Shown one piece after another: positions 1-11,363 of a stretch of DNA of 64,000 nucleotides (position 1 is its first letter; every line of letters begins with the position of its first letter). The DNA lies in assembly GCA_963822965.1 (NCBI GenBank), contig CAWGJT010000010.1, positions 736,001 through 800,000 on the forward strand. The letters are read 5' to 3'. The translations under genes and the position numbers were made by a program. The DNA comes from an uncultured delta proteobacterium. Lineage in GTDB: Bacteria; Myxococcota_A; UBA9160; UBA4427. Under the pieces are notes generated by a model. The model did not search any database. It worked only from the letters and a program-made list of their open reading frames with translations, and was not told the DNA's origin.

Positions 1-300
1 GGTGCCGCCGATCAGCGCCGCCGAGGCCAGCAGCGTGCGCCGCGCGCCATGCCGCACGATGACGAAGCCGAGGATCGGGCTCGCCCCGGCCATGATCAGC
101 AGCTGGGGGATGCGCACCGCCGTGTACTCGGTCCGGCTCCAGCCGAGGTCGGGCATGATGAGGGGGGCCAGTGCGGGGAAGACGTAGCCGAATCCGAGCC
201 CGAGCTGGCAGAGGAGGCAGCCGAGCACGACGAGCGCACCGCGACCCCGCAGGTCTCCCAGGACGCCGAGCCCGGTCGAAGCGCTCGCGGGACGGGACAC
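1..300 (-). CDS. MFS transporter, N-terminal part (runs off the window start)
   Basis: Manual translation from GTG at 300, overlapping the upstream stop: ...LVVLGCLLCQLGLGFGYVFPALAPLIMPDLGWSRTE...GASPILGFVIVRHGARRTLL, typical MFS TM1-TM2 and loop motif. Confidence 0.7.
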   Translation of the reverse strand, partial: MSRPASASTGLGVLGDLRGRGALVVLGCLLCQLGLGFGYVFPALAPLIMPDLGWSRTEYTAVRIPQLLIMAGASPILGFVIVRHGARRTLLASAALIGGT

Positions 301-1220
301 TAGTAGCCGCGTGCGAGGTCGACGACGCCGGCGAGGGGCTCGCCGGCGCGGTAGCGGTGGAGGTTCGCCACGAAGGTCTCGAGGATGTGCTCTACGGCGC
401 CCGGGGCGGCCCACGAGACGTGGGCGCTGAGGCGCACGCGCGGATGGCGGTAGAGCCAGTGGCCGGCGGGCAGGGGCTCCGGCTCGCAGACGTCGAGGGA
501 CGCGAGCGCGACGCGGCCGTCTTCGAGGGCGGCGCGCAGGGCGTCCTGATCGAGCAGGCTCCCGCGCGCGACGTTGACCACATGCAGCCCGGACCGGGCG
601 TGCGCCAGCACGTCGGCGTCCACCAGATGTCGGGTCTCCTTCGTGGCGGCGGCCGCGATCACGAGATGATCGGCGCGCTCTACCAGGGCCTCGAGGGACT
701 CGACGATCTCGACGCCGGGCACGGGGCTCGGCCGCGGGCTGCGACGCACGGCGACGACGCGCATGTCGAACGCGAGCGCCCGCTTCGCCACCTCGATGCC
801 GATGGTGCCGAGGCCGACGAGCCCCAGGGTGCGTCCCGCCAGGGTGCCGAGGCTCGCGTGATTCCACGCCTCGGGCGGCTCGTGAAGCCAGCGTGCGGGG
901 AGATCCTTCGCGCAGGCGAGCATGCAGGCCAGCGTCCACTCCGCGATGGGCACCGCGGTGGCGCCTCGCGCGCAGGTGAGAGTGCGGTCGCCCACGGCTT
1001 CCAGGGGGAAGCGGTCGACTCCCGTGCCCACGGTGTGGATCCAGCGAACGCCGTGGCGCACCAGCAGGCCGACGTTCGGCGTGCCCCAGGCCCAGGTGAG
1101 GAGCACCTCCGCCTGCTCATCCGGATCGACGTCTCCCTCTCCGGGCACCGGCACCAGCTCGAGGTCCGGCACGTCGCCGCACAGCTCGGCGAGGGTGTCC
1201 TTGGGAAAGTGGGTGAACAC
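300..1220 (-). CDS. D-isomer-specific 2-hydroxyacid dehydrogenase (NAD-binding)
   Basis: GLVGLGTIG Rossmann motif, VNVARGSL, ASLDVCEPEPLP, LSAHVS. Confidence 0.9.
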   Translation of the reverse strand: MFTHFPKDTLAELCGDVPDLELVPVPGEGDVDPDEQAEVLLTWAWGTPNVGLLVRHGVRWIHTVGTGVDRFPLEAVGDRTLTCARGATAVPIAEWTLACMLACAKDLPARWLHEPPEAWNHASLGTLAGRTLGLVGLGTIGIEVAKRALAFDMRVVAVRRSPRPSPVPGVEIVESLEALVERADHLVIAAAATKETRHLVDADVLAHARSGLHVVNVARGSLLDQDALRAALEDGRVALASLDVCEPEPLPAGHWLYRHPRVRLSAHVSWAAPGAVEHILETFVANLHRYRAGEPLAGVVDLARGY

Positions 1221-1274
1221 GCGCAGCGCTCTTCTCCTCTCGTTCTTCTCGCGGGCCGGCGGATGGTGGCAGCT

Positions 1275-2708
1275 TCACAGCCACGGCGCGATGCGGCGGG
1301 GCGGCCGGCGTCCCACCTCGAAGAGTCGGGGGTCGAAGCGTTTGCCGACGAAGGGCCCGGGCGCGTGCTGGGCACCCTGGCCGATCGAGAGCATGGGGAT
1401 GCCGACGAAGCAGAGCTGCAGCCCGACGGCGACGACGGCGAGGTGGGCCCGGCGCTGCGGGCCGGGGACGAGGTCGAGCGCGATGCCCGCCAGGAAGACC
1501 AGGCAGAGCGCCGTGACGCAGAAGAGGTCCCAGTCGAAGGGGCCCCACACGGGGCGGATGCCGCAGGCCGCCACCAGGAGGCCCGCGGCGGAGATGCCGA
1601 GGAAGCGGGCGGGGGCGGTGGCGAAGGCCCGCCGCGGTGCGGCCAGCAGGCCCAGGGCCAGGGGCAACGACGCCGGGACCAGCACGAAGGCCGCGTTGCC
1701 GAGGTACTTGAGGTGGGCCCGGGAGAAGAGCACGTAGTCCGTGCCGATGCTGGGCGCGCCGCCGGGTAGCCGGACCCACGTGCGGGCGGAGCCCAGCGCC
1801 CGCGCCAGCACGATCGTGGCCGGGAGGCCCTCGGGGTTCCAGGTGAGCAGGAAGATCGCGTGCAGCAGCAGGGGCAGCGCCACCCCGCCCAGCGCCGGTG
1901 TCAGCACCCGCTCGCCGCGCAGGCGGCGAAGCAGCAGCAGGCCCGGGACGAGAAGGAGGCACCAGGGTTGCAGCCAGCTCGCGACGCCCAGGGCCAGGGC
2001 CGCCGCCGCGAATCCCACGCCTCCGTGGAGGAAGCGGAGCGCGAGCCAGAGGTAGGCGGCGCTCGCCGCCAGCGCGAAGGGCTGGATCTCGAGCCGGCCC
2101 GCCAGCGCCGCGACCATGCCGCCGGAGAAGGCGAGGGGGGCGATGGCGTTGGCGCCGCCGCCCGTCGCTCCCGTCAGGCGCGAGGCACGCACCACGAACA
2201 GGATCGTGGCGGCGCCGGCCCCGCAGGCCAGGACCCGGGCGAGCACCAGGGGCGGCAGCGCGAGGAGGTCGGCCAGGCGGTAGATGGCGAGCAGCAGGGC
2301 CATGCCGCCGGGCTCGGGATAGGTGACGCGCCCCTCGTGGGTGAGCAACGAGTGGAGCAGGATGGAATCGCCGAGCAGGACGCGCTCGCGCACCAGCCAC
2401 AGCGACACCCCGGCCACCAGGAAGAGAAGCGCGTCGCGAGACGTCGGCGAGAGCTTCCGGGCCCGCGCCCGCACGAACGCGGCCGCACGGAGGACCCCGC
2501 GCCGCGCCTCATCGGTGGTGACGAGGAGCGCCACGCCGGTGAGGAGCCAGGCGACCCAGTCCTCCAGATAGCGCAGCAGCCCGAAGCCCCAGGCGTGCTT
2601 CAGACCCGGCACGTAGCCGTAGGTGACCGCGAAGAGCAGCCCCCAGGCCCCGAAGGCGCCTATGGAGATCCACCGGATCGGACCGGGCCGAGCGGGTGCC
2701 GCGCTCAT
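1275..2708 (-). CDS. Polytopic membrane protein of unknown function (GT-C-like topology possible)
   Basis: C-terminal part of ORF 1275..4640 from ATG 2708 (MSAAPARPG); many hydrophobic segments, in frame to the stop. Confidence 0.6.
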   Translation of the reverse strand: MSAAPARPGPIRWISIGAFGAWGLLFAVTYGYVPGLKHAWGFGLLRYLEDWVAWLLTGVALLVTTDEARRGVLRAAAFVRARARKLSPTSRDALLFLVAGVSLWLVRERVLLGDSILLHSLLTHEGRVTYPEPGGMALLLAIYRLADLLALPPLVLARVLACGAGAATILFVVRASRLTGATGGGANAIAPLAFSGGMVAALAGRLEIQPFALAASAAYLWLALRFLHGGVGFAAAALALGVASWLQPWCLLLVPGLLLLRRLRGERVLTPALGGVALPLLLHAIFLLTWNPEGLPATIVLARALGSARTWVRLPGGAPSIGTDYVLFSRAHLKYLGNAAFVLVPASLPLALGLLAAPRRAFATAPARFLGISAAGLLVAACGIRPVWGPFDWDLFCVTALCLVFLAGIALDLVPGPQRRAHLAVVAVGLQLCFVGIPMLSIGQGAQHAPGPFVGKRFDPRLFEVGRRPPRRIAPWL

Positions 2709-2719
2709 GCTCTGGGGAT

Positions 2720-4640
2720 TCAGCGCCGGCTTCGTGGTTGCGGCCGGCTTCGCGCCTGAGGCTGACTTCGCACTTGCGAGAGATCGCGCACGGCGCCGCG
2801 GGCCGCGCTCGTGGCGAAGATCGCGTAGGCCTGCAACGCGACAGAGACCGCCCGTTCGCGCGGGCCTGGCTGCCAGGCCTCGTCGCCGCGGGCCTCCATG
2901 GCGGTGCGGCGGCGCTCGAGCTCGGCGTCGTCCACGTCGAGCCGGATCGAGCGATTCGGGATGTCGATCTCGATGCGGTCTCCCTCTTCGACGAGCCCGA
3001 TGGCGCCGCCTTCCGCCGCCTCGGGCGACACGTGGCCGATCACCAGGCCCGAGGAGCCGCCGCTGAAGCGACCGTCGGTCACCAGGGCGCACTTTCCGCC
3101 GAGGCCCTTCGACTTGAGATAGGAGGTCGGGTACAGCATCTCCTGCATGCCCGGTCCGCCCTTGGGCCCCTCGTAGGTGATGACCACGACGTCCCCCGGC
3201 ACCACCTCGTTGCCGAGGATGGCGGCGACCGCGGCGTCCTGGGAGTGGTAGACCCGCGCGCGACCCGTGAAGGTGAGGATTCCGGGCGTCGACACCTGCG
3301 GTCTTCACCACGCAGCCGTCGCAGGGCGATGTTGCCGTAGAGCATGGCGAGCCCGCCGTCTCGGCTGTAGGCGTGCTCGATCTCCCGGATGCAGCCCTGG
3401 GCGCCGTCCTCGTCCAGGGAATCGAAGTAGGTGTCCTGGGAGAACGCGACGGTGGTGCGGATGCCGCCGGGTGCGGCCAGCGCGCGGTCCCGCGCCTCCT
3501 GCTTGGCCGTGGGGCGTCGCACGTCCTCGGCGTCGATGGCCTCGCCCAGGGTGCGGCGTGTGCACCGTCGCCACCTCGCGGTGGACCAGGCCGCCGCGGT
3601 CGAGGGCGCCCAGGATGGTGAAGATGCCGCCGGCCCGGTTGACGTCTTCGATGTGGAAGCTCGAGGAAGGCGCCACCTTCGCCAGGTTGGGCACCCGCCG
3701 GGAGAGAGCGTCGATGTGGTGCATCTTGAAGTCGACCCCCGCCTCCTCGGCCGCCGCCAGCAGATGCAGGATGGTGTTCGTCGAGCCGCCCATGGCGATG
3801 TCGAGGGTCATGGCGTTCTCGAAGGCCTCGAAGGTGGCGATGCTGCGGGGCAGCACCGACTCGTCGCCCTCGATGTAGTAGCGCCGCGCCAGGGACACGA
3901 TGCGACGGCCCGCGTCCTCGAACAGCTCCCAGCGGCGGGCGTGGGTGGCGAGCAGGGTGCCGTTGCCCGGCAGGGCGAGGCCGATGGCCTCGGCCAGGCA
4001 GTTCATGCTGTTGGCGGTGAACATGCCGCTGCAGGAGCCGCAGGTGGGGCAGGCCGAGCGCTCCAGGCTCTCGAGCTCCGCAGTCGCTCACGCCCTCGTC
4101 GCCTGCGGCGATCATCGGGTCGATCAGGTCCAGGCTGCGCGAGATGGGGTTTCCGTCCCGGTCGCGGGTCCCCTGGGTCTTGCCCGCCTCCATCGGCCCG
4201 CCCGTCACGAAGATGGTCGGGATGTTCAGGCGCAGGGCGGCGAGCAGCATGCCCGGGGTGATCTTGTCGCAGTTCGAGATGCACACGAGAGCGTCCGCCA
4301 CGTGGGCCTGCACCATGTACTCGACCGAGTCGGCGATCAGGTCCCGGCTGGGGAGCGAGTAGAGCATGCCGTCGTGGCCCATGGCGATGCCGTCGTCCAC
4401 CGCGATGGTGTTGAACTCGGCCCCGAAGCCGCCCGCGGCGTCGATCACCTTCTTGATGCGCTGCCCCACGTCGTGGAGGTGCACGTGGCCCGGCACGAAC
4501 TGGGTGAAGCTGTTGGCGATGGCGATGATCGGCTTGCCGAAATCGTCGTCCGTCATGCCTGTAGCACGCCACAGGGCGCGGGCGCCGGCCATGTTGCGAC
4601 CATGGGTGGTGCGACGACTGCGATATCCGGGTCCCGGCAT
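2720..4640 (-). CDS. ilvD: Dihydroxy-acid dehydratase (about 3 frameshifts, probably sequencing errors)
   Basis: [68 protein letters not shown] spread over successive frames. Confidence 0.95.
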
Positions 4641-4830
4641 GGCGGCCAGTGTAGCGGGGTTCGGAGGGTCGTGGCATCGCCGCTAGACTGCGGGCCCCGG
4701 GCGGGCCGGCCGCCAGTGCGGCCGCAGCCGCCTCGCCGCCGGCACTGCCCGGCGCGTGCGGGCGAGACGGGCTCGCCGGAAACGACGAGAGAGCGAGACG
4801 TCGAGACGTCGAGAGGACGAGGAGTCGATC

Positions 4831-5907
4831 GTGAAGGTGCTCGTGATGGGTGGGACGCAGTTCAACGGCTTCGCGCTGGTGCGGGAGCTGGTGCGGCGGG
4901 GGCACGACGTCACGATCCTGAACCGGGGACGCACCGAGGCGGCGCTGCCCCGGGCCGTGAAGCGCCTCGTCTGCGACCGGACCGACCCGGCCGCCATGCG
5001 GAAGACCGTGGCGGGTCTCGAGTTCGACTGCATCCACGACATCAGCGGCTATCGCCCGGAAGACGTCCAGCTGATGGTCAAGCTCTTTCGGGGTCGCACG
5101 GGCCACTACATCTTCGCCAGCTCCACCGTCATCTACGCAGCGACGAACTGCTTGCCCATCGCCGAGGGGCACCCCCTCGACCGCAGCCCGGCGCAGAACG
5201 AGTACGGGATGAACAAGATCCTGTGCGAGGACCTGCTGGTGCGGGAGCACCGGGAGCACGGCTTCCCGGCGTCCCTGGCGGCCTTCTCGATGGTATTCGG
5301 GCCCCGGAACATCATCCCGGACCGGGAGCAGCGCATGTTCGTGCGCCTCTACCGCGGGCGGAAGGTGCTGGTTCCCGGGGACGGAACCACCGTGGGCCAG
5401 ATCGGGCACGTGGACGACGAGGCACGCGCCCTGTGCGCCATGATGCAGAACCCGAAGACCTTCGGGCGCCGCTACAACCTGACCGGCGGAGACTGCTTCA
5501 CCGACGAGGGTTACGTCGACACGTTCGCGGAGACCGTGGGCGTCACCCCGGAGAAGGTGTTCGTGCCGGCCGACGTGATGGACGATCTCTACGCGGGACG
5601 CATTCCCCTGTCTGGCGCGCCCATGGAGGTGAAGGTGGACACGCGCAGCCGGGAGGACGCCCGGGGCGCCGCGCTCTTCCAGATCCAGCGCCTGATGCAG
5701 CGCATCGCCCCGCACCTGCACCACTGGAATCGCAGCGTCTTCTTCAGCGTCCAGCAGCTGATGGACGACACGGGCTGGCGGCCCGAGTACACGTTCCGCA
5801 GCGCCGTGGAGCAGACCTGGGAGTGGATGCGGCAGGAAGGCCTGCACGAGAGCCTCGACTTCGACTTCACGTTCGAGGACGAGCTGCTGGCGCGACTGGG
5901 CGCCTGA
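4831..5907 (+). CDS. NAD-dependent epimerase/dehydratase (extended SDR)
   Basis: GTG start after GAGGAG; VLVMGGTQFNG, YGMNK. Confidence 0.8.
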   Translation: MKVLVMGGTQFNGFALVRELVRRGHDVTILNRGRTEAALPRAVKRLVCDRTDPAAMRKTVAGLEFDCIHDISGYRPEDVQLMVKLFRGRTGHYIFASSTVIYAATNCLPIAEGHPLDRSPAQNEYGMNKILCEDLLVREHREHGFPASLAAFSMVFGPRNIIPDREQRMFVRLYRGRKVLVPGDGTTVGQIGHVDDEARALCAMMQNPKTFGRRYNLTGGDCFTDEGYVDTFAETVGVTPEKVFVPADVMDDLYAGRIPLSGAPMEVKVDTRSREDARGAALFQIQRLMQRIAPHLHHWNRSVFFSVQQLMDDTGWRPEYTFRSAVEQTWEWMRQEGLHESLDFDFTFEDELLARLGA

Positions 5908-5919
5908 GCGGGGCGGCTC

Positions 5920-7593
5920 TCAGGCGTCTTCGGCCTCGTCTGTGGGTCGCGGTTCGGCCTCGTCCGTGGGTCGCGGCTCGGCCTCGCCGACGCTTCGCTG
6001 GCCGGCCTCGTCGGCGAGTCGCTGGCGCACGTCCTCCCGCAGCTTCTGCTTGGCCACCTTGCCCCCCGAGCCGCGGGGCAGGGTGTCGAGCACCTCCAGG
6101 CGCTCGGGGAGGTTCTCCTTCGAGACGTCCCGCGCGCGCAGGTGGGCGAGCAGCTCCTCGAGGGTCGAGGCTCGCTCCCGGGCGCAGCTCCACGTAGCAG
6201 CAGACCCGCTCGCCGAAGATCGGGTCGGGCATGGCGACGGCGGCGGCCAGGGCCACTGCCGGGTGCGACGCCACCTCCTGCTCGACCGCGGGCCCGCTGA
6301 TGTTCTTGCCGCCGCGGATGATGAAGTCGTCCGTGCGTCCGATCACCGTCAGGTAGCCGTCCGGGTCGATGGTCACCACGTCGCCGAGCATCATCCAGCC
6401 GTCCGGCGCGCAGGAGCTTCGCGTTCGCCTCGGTCGTCGTCCCAGTAGCCGCGCGACAGGGTGGGGCCGCGGCAGCCCGGCTGTCCCCGGCCGCCGGCGG
6501 TGACGTCGGCGCCCGACTCGTCGAAGAGCCGCACGTTCATCGCCGGGATCACCCGGCCAGCGGTGCGCAGCCGCCGCTCGCGGTCGTCGCCCAGACGGGT
6601 GCCCGAGACGGCGCCCGTCTCGTTCGAGCCGTAGAACTGCAGCACCGCCGCCCCGGTGCGGTCCTCGAACTCGGCGGCCCGCGCGTAGGGCACCACCTCG
6701 CCGCCGGTGTAGAGCACCCGCAGGCTCGAGAGGTCGTGGCGGGCCAGGGCCGCGCGACTCGAGCAGCATGACGAACTGGGTGGAGACGGCCGCCAGCACC
6801 GAGACCCGGTCGCGCTCGATCGCGGCGAGGGTCTCCTCGGCGGAGAAGCGCGCCGAGACCGCGGTCGGCGACGCCCAGCAGGGTGGGCGTCACGTGGCTC
6901 GTCCAGATGCCGAAGCCGAAGGGCGCGGGAACCACGCTCATGAAGACGTCGCGATCCGAGAGGTCGCCGGTCTGGCGACCGCGAGGTCGTGGAACGCGAA
7001 CCAGCGCGCTGGTCGTGGATCACGACCTTCGGCATGCCCGTGGTGCCCGAGGTGGAGTTGAGCAGGAAGACGTCGTCCGGGCCGAGGCGCCGAGACGGGG
7101 CCGGCGGCCGCGAGGTCCGGAACGGGCGCCGGCGCGCCGTCGACGTCGACCGGGCCTTCGAGCTCGCGCGCGCCGTCCGGCGCCACCAGGTGGTGACGGA
7201 GCGGGGGCGCCGGCGCGCCGCAGTCCCGCCACGAAGTCGGCCACCTCGCGGTCCTGGTGCCGGGGCGCGAGTGAGCAGGGCCGCCGCACCCGGTCTTGCG
7301 CAGCAGGTGCTCGAGCTCCTTGTAGCCTGCCCGCGGACCGATGCCGACCGCCACCACCCCGGCCTTCTCGCAGCCCACGAGGGCCGCGTGCACCCCCGGG
7401 CCGTCGGGCAGCAGCACCGCCACGCGCTCTCCGGCCGCGATCCCCAGCGCCTCCAGGGTGGCGGCGAGGCGCGACGAGCGCGCGTCGTACTCCGCCCAGC
7501 GCATCACCGCGTCCGCCTGCGGTAGGCGACGGCGTCCGCTCGCGCGTCGCCGCGTGGAGCGCGATCTGGCTGCGCGAGGGAAGGGCGCTTCAC
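5920..7593 (-). CDS. Acyl-CoA synthetase / AMP-binding enzyme (several frameshifts)
   Basis: NSTSGTTGMPK P-loop, FYGSNE, GWMMLGD, GRTDDFIIRGGKNI, PRGSGGKV across frames; follows the P450. Confidence 0.85.
5929..5987. repeat. Degenerate 24-bp tandem repeat (~2.5 copies) encoding (EAEPRPTD)n at the ligase C-terminus
   Basis: tcggcctcgtcYgtgggtcgcgg repeated. Confidence 0.75.
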
Positions 7594-7612
7594 CGGGGGG
7601 CGGCCGCGCCTC

Positions 7613-8803
7613 TCAGAACGTGATCGGGAACTTCGCGTAGCCCTGCACGAAGTCGGTCACGAGGCGCTCGGCGTGGTCGCGAGATCGAGCTGCGTACTCG
7701 GGGATCGCCTTCAGGGTCTCTTCGAGACAGACCTTCGCCTCGAGACGCGCGACGTTGATGCCGATGCACGAGTGGGGCCCGTAGCCGAAGCGACAGGATG
7801 CGCGGCGGCTTGCGGTGGATGTCGAAGACGTCGGGGTTCGGGAACTCCCGCTCGTCGTGGTTGCCGGAGGGATACAGGAAGAGCACCGGCTGGCCCGGGC
7901 TGCAGGGTCTGGCCGTGGAACTCGATCTCCTGCGTGACCACGCGGCACAGGAACTGGGTCGGCATGTCGTAGCGCAGCGCCTCGTTGAAGGCGTCCGGGA
8001 CGAGCGCCGGATTCGGCGACGCACTCGGCGCGCTGGTCGGGATGCTCGGCCAGCCGGCGGAGGGCGTTCGCGAAGGTCTTCGGGAAGGTCTCGGCGCCGC
8101 CGATGATGAGCATCGAGAGATGCGAGGCGACGGCGGCGTCGTCGAGCTTCTCGCCGTCGAGCTCGATCGCGAGGAGCGTGCCGAGCACGTTGTCCTGGGG
8201 GGCCTCGCTGCGCCGCTTGCGGATGAGCTGGCGGAAGTAGGCGTCGAGCTCTCCGAAGGCCGCCATGCCGTCGGGCGTCATGCCCTCGACGCCCTCCTCG
8301 CGCTTGAAGAAGCGCCAGCACCAGGTCGTTCAGGATCGGGCCGTCCTCGACGGGCAGGCCGTTCACCGTGCAGGCGACGGTCACGGCGATCTTCGACGCG
8401 AAGTCGCCCATGGCGTCGATGCGTCCGGCGTCCCGGGCGGCCTCCAGGCTCTCCGACCGCCATGCGGCGGATCAGGGGCTCGAGCGGCGCGACCTCGGGC
8501 GCGGCGAAGTAGCTGCGCATGGCGGCGCGCAGCTTCGTGTGCTCGGCGGATCCATCAGGTTCAGCATCGGGGTCACGGGCTGCACCTTGGTCAGCAGGTG
8601 CGCGGAGGTCGTGCCCTGGGCGGCCGTGAAGTGCTTGACGTCGCCCGAGGCCTTCCAGATGTCCGCGAAGCGGGAGAGCGCCCAGCAGTCCCACCGCTCG
8701 CAGTAGTAGGCCGGCGCCTCGTCCCGCAGCCGCTTGTAGATCGGGCCGGGGTCGCGCATCACGGCTCGTCGGAGAAGGGATCGTAGGCGACCGGTTCGGG
8801 CAT
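7613..8803 (-). CDS. Cytochrome P450 (frameshifted)
   Basis: MPEPVAYDPF start; MDPP, GGAETF I-helix, EALR, FGYGPHSCIG heme-Cys motif. Confidence 0.9.
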
Positions 8804-8843
8804 GCTTCGGCTCTCCGGGCGGGGGGATGCGGGGTGAATCTGA

Positions 8844-8862
8844 ACGAGACGTATAGTATCGT
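8844..8862. promoter_or_regulatory. Putative TetR operator ACGAGAC-N5-GTATCGT
   Basis: AT-rich near-perfect palindrome between the divergent P450 and tetR genes; related sites at 11240 and 38847. Confidence 0.7.
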
Positions 8863-8926
8863 AATCCAGCCTGCAGCCAGGGTGCCGAATCGGGGACACG
8901 GCGATCGACGCCGGAGAACGGCGCCC

Positions 8927-9537
8927 GTGAGCGCGAACGCAGGCTCCTCCCACTCCCAGGGTGCTCCGACGGCAGGGCGACCTCGCAGCGAGGAGGCCCA
9001 CAAGGCGATCCTCGACGCGACCCTCGACCTGCTCGTCGAGGTGGGCTTCTCCGCCATGACCGTCGAGGGCGTGGCCAGCCGCGCGGGCGTCGGCAAGGCC
9101 ACGATCTACCGCCGCTGGCCCTCGAAGCTGCCGCTGGTCGTCGAGGCCTTCGGACAGCTCCCCGGCTTCGAGGAGGTCGACACCGGCGACCTCGCCGAAG
9201 ACCTGAAGAAGATGCTGCGCGCCTACCTGCAGGCCTTCAACGCGTCGCCTCTGTCCGCGGTGCTGCCGAGCCTGGCGGGCGAGCGCGCCCACAACCCCGA
9301 GCTGTCCGAGCTGTTCGAGCCCGTGAGCAAGGGCCGCCGCCAGCCGCTGGTCGGGCCTTCGAGCGCGCCGTCGATCGCGGCGAGATTCCCGAGGACACGG
9401 ACGTCGAGCTGGCGGCCGATCTGGTGGTCGGGCCCATCGCGGTCGCGCTCTTCTTCAAGGGCGGCCGCCTCAACCCCCGCATGGTGGGGCCGATGGTGGA
9501 CATGGCGCTCTCGGGGATCCAGGGGCACCGCGCCTGA
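8927..9537 (+). CDS. TetR/AcrR family transcriptional regulator (one frameshift near 9355)
   Basis: GRPRSEEAHKAILDAT...TVEGVASRAGVGKATIYRRWPSK HTH. Confidence 0.9.
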
Positions 9538-9548
9538 GGAAGGCTGTC

Positions 9549-9651
9549 GGCTGTTCCGGGGCTCAGGGCTGTTCCGGGCTCGGGCTGTTTCCGGGCTCAG
9601 GGCTGTTTCCGGGCTCAGGGCTGTTTCCGGGCTCAGGGCTGCTCCGGGCTC
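9549..9651. repeat. 16-18-bp tandem repeat, 6 copies (GGGCTGTTTCCGGGCTCA)
   Basis: Directly visible; three perfect copies at 9582-9635; between the convergent ends of tetR and fadD3. Confidence 0.9.
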
Positions 9652-11239
9652 TCGCCCGGACCTGCTCGCGCAGCGCGTACTTGAGCACCTTGCCCGTGGC
9701 GTTGGTGGGCAGCGCGTCGACGACGGCTCACCCGCCGCGGAACCTTGTAGTTGGCCATGTTCTCGCGGGCCCAGGCGATGACCTGCTCCTCGCTCAGCTT
9801 CCGTGCCCGGGGCCGGAACCACGAACGCCATGCCCACCTCGCCCTGGCGCTCGTCGGGAATGCCGATCACCGCCACCTGGGCGAAGAGCCCGCTGCCGAA
9901 GAGCAGGCTCTCGATCTCCGCCGGGTAGCAGTTGAAGCCGCCCAGGATGTACATGTCCTTGATGCGGTCCGTGATGCGCAGATAGCCGCGCTCGTCCATC
10001 ACGCCGACGTCCCCGGTGTGCAGCCAGCCGTCGGCGTCGATCGCCTTCGCGGTCTCCTCGGGATCGTCGAAGTAGCCCTGCATCACGTTGTAGCCGCGCA
10101 CCACCACCTCGCCGGGCTGGCCGCGCGGCACCTCCTTGCCGTCGGCGTCGACGCAGCGCACCTCGACGTCCGGGATCGCGCGACCCGCCGTGGTGGCGAT
10201 CGTCTCGGGGTCGTCGTCGGGCCGGCACAGGCTCACCACCCCGCAGCTCTCGGTCAGCCCGTAGGCGTTGATGATCGTCTCGAAGCCGAGCTCGTCCCGC
10301 ATGCGCCGGATCAGCTGGACGGGGGTGGGGGCCGCGCCGGTCGTGCACATGCGCAGGTTCGAGATGTCGTAGCGGTGCGAGATCCGGGTGCGCGAGCAGC
10401 GACTGGAAGAGGGTGGGCGGCCCCGGCAGCACGCTGACCCGGTCCGTCGCGATCGCGCTGCAGCACCGCGTCCACGTCGAAGACCGCGTGGGGCAGGATG
10501 GTGGCGCCCCGGATGAGGCAGGAGAGCCAGCCCGCCCTTGTAGCCGAAGGAGTGGAAGAAGGGGTTCACGACCAGGTAGCGATCGTCCTCGCGCAGGCCG
10601 ATCACGTCGCTGAACACCGAGAAGACGCGCAGGTTCTGGCCGTGGGTGCTCATCACGGCCTTCGGATGCGCCGGTGGTGCCCGAGGTGAAGATCAGGTCC
10701 GCCAGGTCGTCCGGCGAGACGGCGTCGATGCGGCTGCGCGCGGTCTCCCGGCGAGACCGCGCTTCCCGAGCGCCAGGAAGTCGGACCAGGCCTGCTCGCG
10801 GCGCCCCCGGTCGCGCGCCGCGCAGGCAGACGATGCGCTCGAGCTCCGGAAGCTCGTGGCCCGCCAGCGCGTCGACGTAGTCGACCCCCAGGAAGCCGTT
10901 CACCGTCAAGCAGCATGCGCGCGCCGCTCTTGCGCAGGGTGTAGGCGGCCTCGGTGCCCTTGAGCCGGGTGCTCAGCGGTGACGAGCACGCCGCCGGCCC
11001 CCTGCAGGCCGACGGCGGCGACGACCCATCGGCGATGTTGGGCGCCCAGATGCCGACCCGATCCCCCGGCGCGATGCCCGCGGCGAGGAAGGCGCGGGTC
11101 GCGTCGAGGCAGGCCTCCGCCAGCTCCGCGTACGAGAGCCGCAGGTCGCCGTCCTCGAGGGCCGGATGCGCGCCGAAGCGCGCGCGCGTCCTCCTGGACG
11201 AGCCCGGGAATGGTCTGCGCGGTCGGGGTCGGCTTGCAT
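9563..11239 (-). CDS. fadD3: FadD3-like HIP-CoA ligase (frameshifted; 3' end uncertain inside the repeat)
   Basis: GDRVGIWAPN, IFTSGTTG, YLVVNPFFHSFGYK, YGLTE, GWLHTGD, GGFNCYPAEIE; divergent from fadE30 as in the actinobacterial HIP cluster. Confidence 0.85.
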
Positions 11240-11263
11240 ACGGATCGGATCGTATCGTAATGT
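11234..11263 (+). promoter_or_regulatory. Sigma70-like promoter (TTGCAT-N18-TAATGT) overlapping operator-like ACGGATC-N5-GTATCGT (11240-11258)
   Basis: AT-rich patch between divergent fadD3 and fadE30; shares GTATCGTAAT with the site at 8856. Confidence 0.55.
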
Positions 11264-11363
11264 CTGGCACGCCTCCAAGCGCTCGCACCCGAGCCAGCCC
11301 ACGAGAACCACCCCGAGCGCCGACGCAACAGCGATCGGAACCGCGATCGAAGGAGAGGGCCGG

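Noticed and set aside
1275..4640. 1121-aa apparent IlvD-membrane protein fusion
   Set aside because: Artefact of ilvD frameshifts; ilvD ends at 2720 in another frame and the membrane protein has its own ATG at 2708
8927..9537. Calling the TetR kstR2
   Set aside because: Neither the protein nor the candidate operator matches what I recall of KstR2; left unnamed pending phylogeny
9549..9651. Possible CRISPR array (also 56276-56361)
   Set aside because: Units are head-to-tail with no unique spacers, and no cas genes are present
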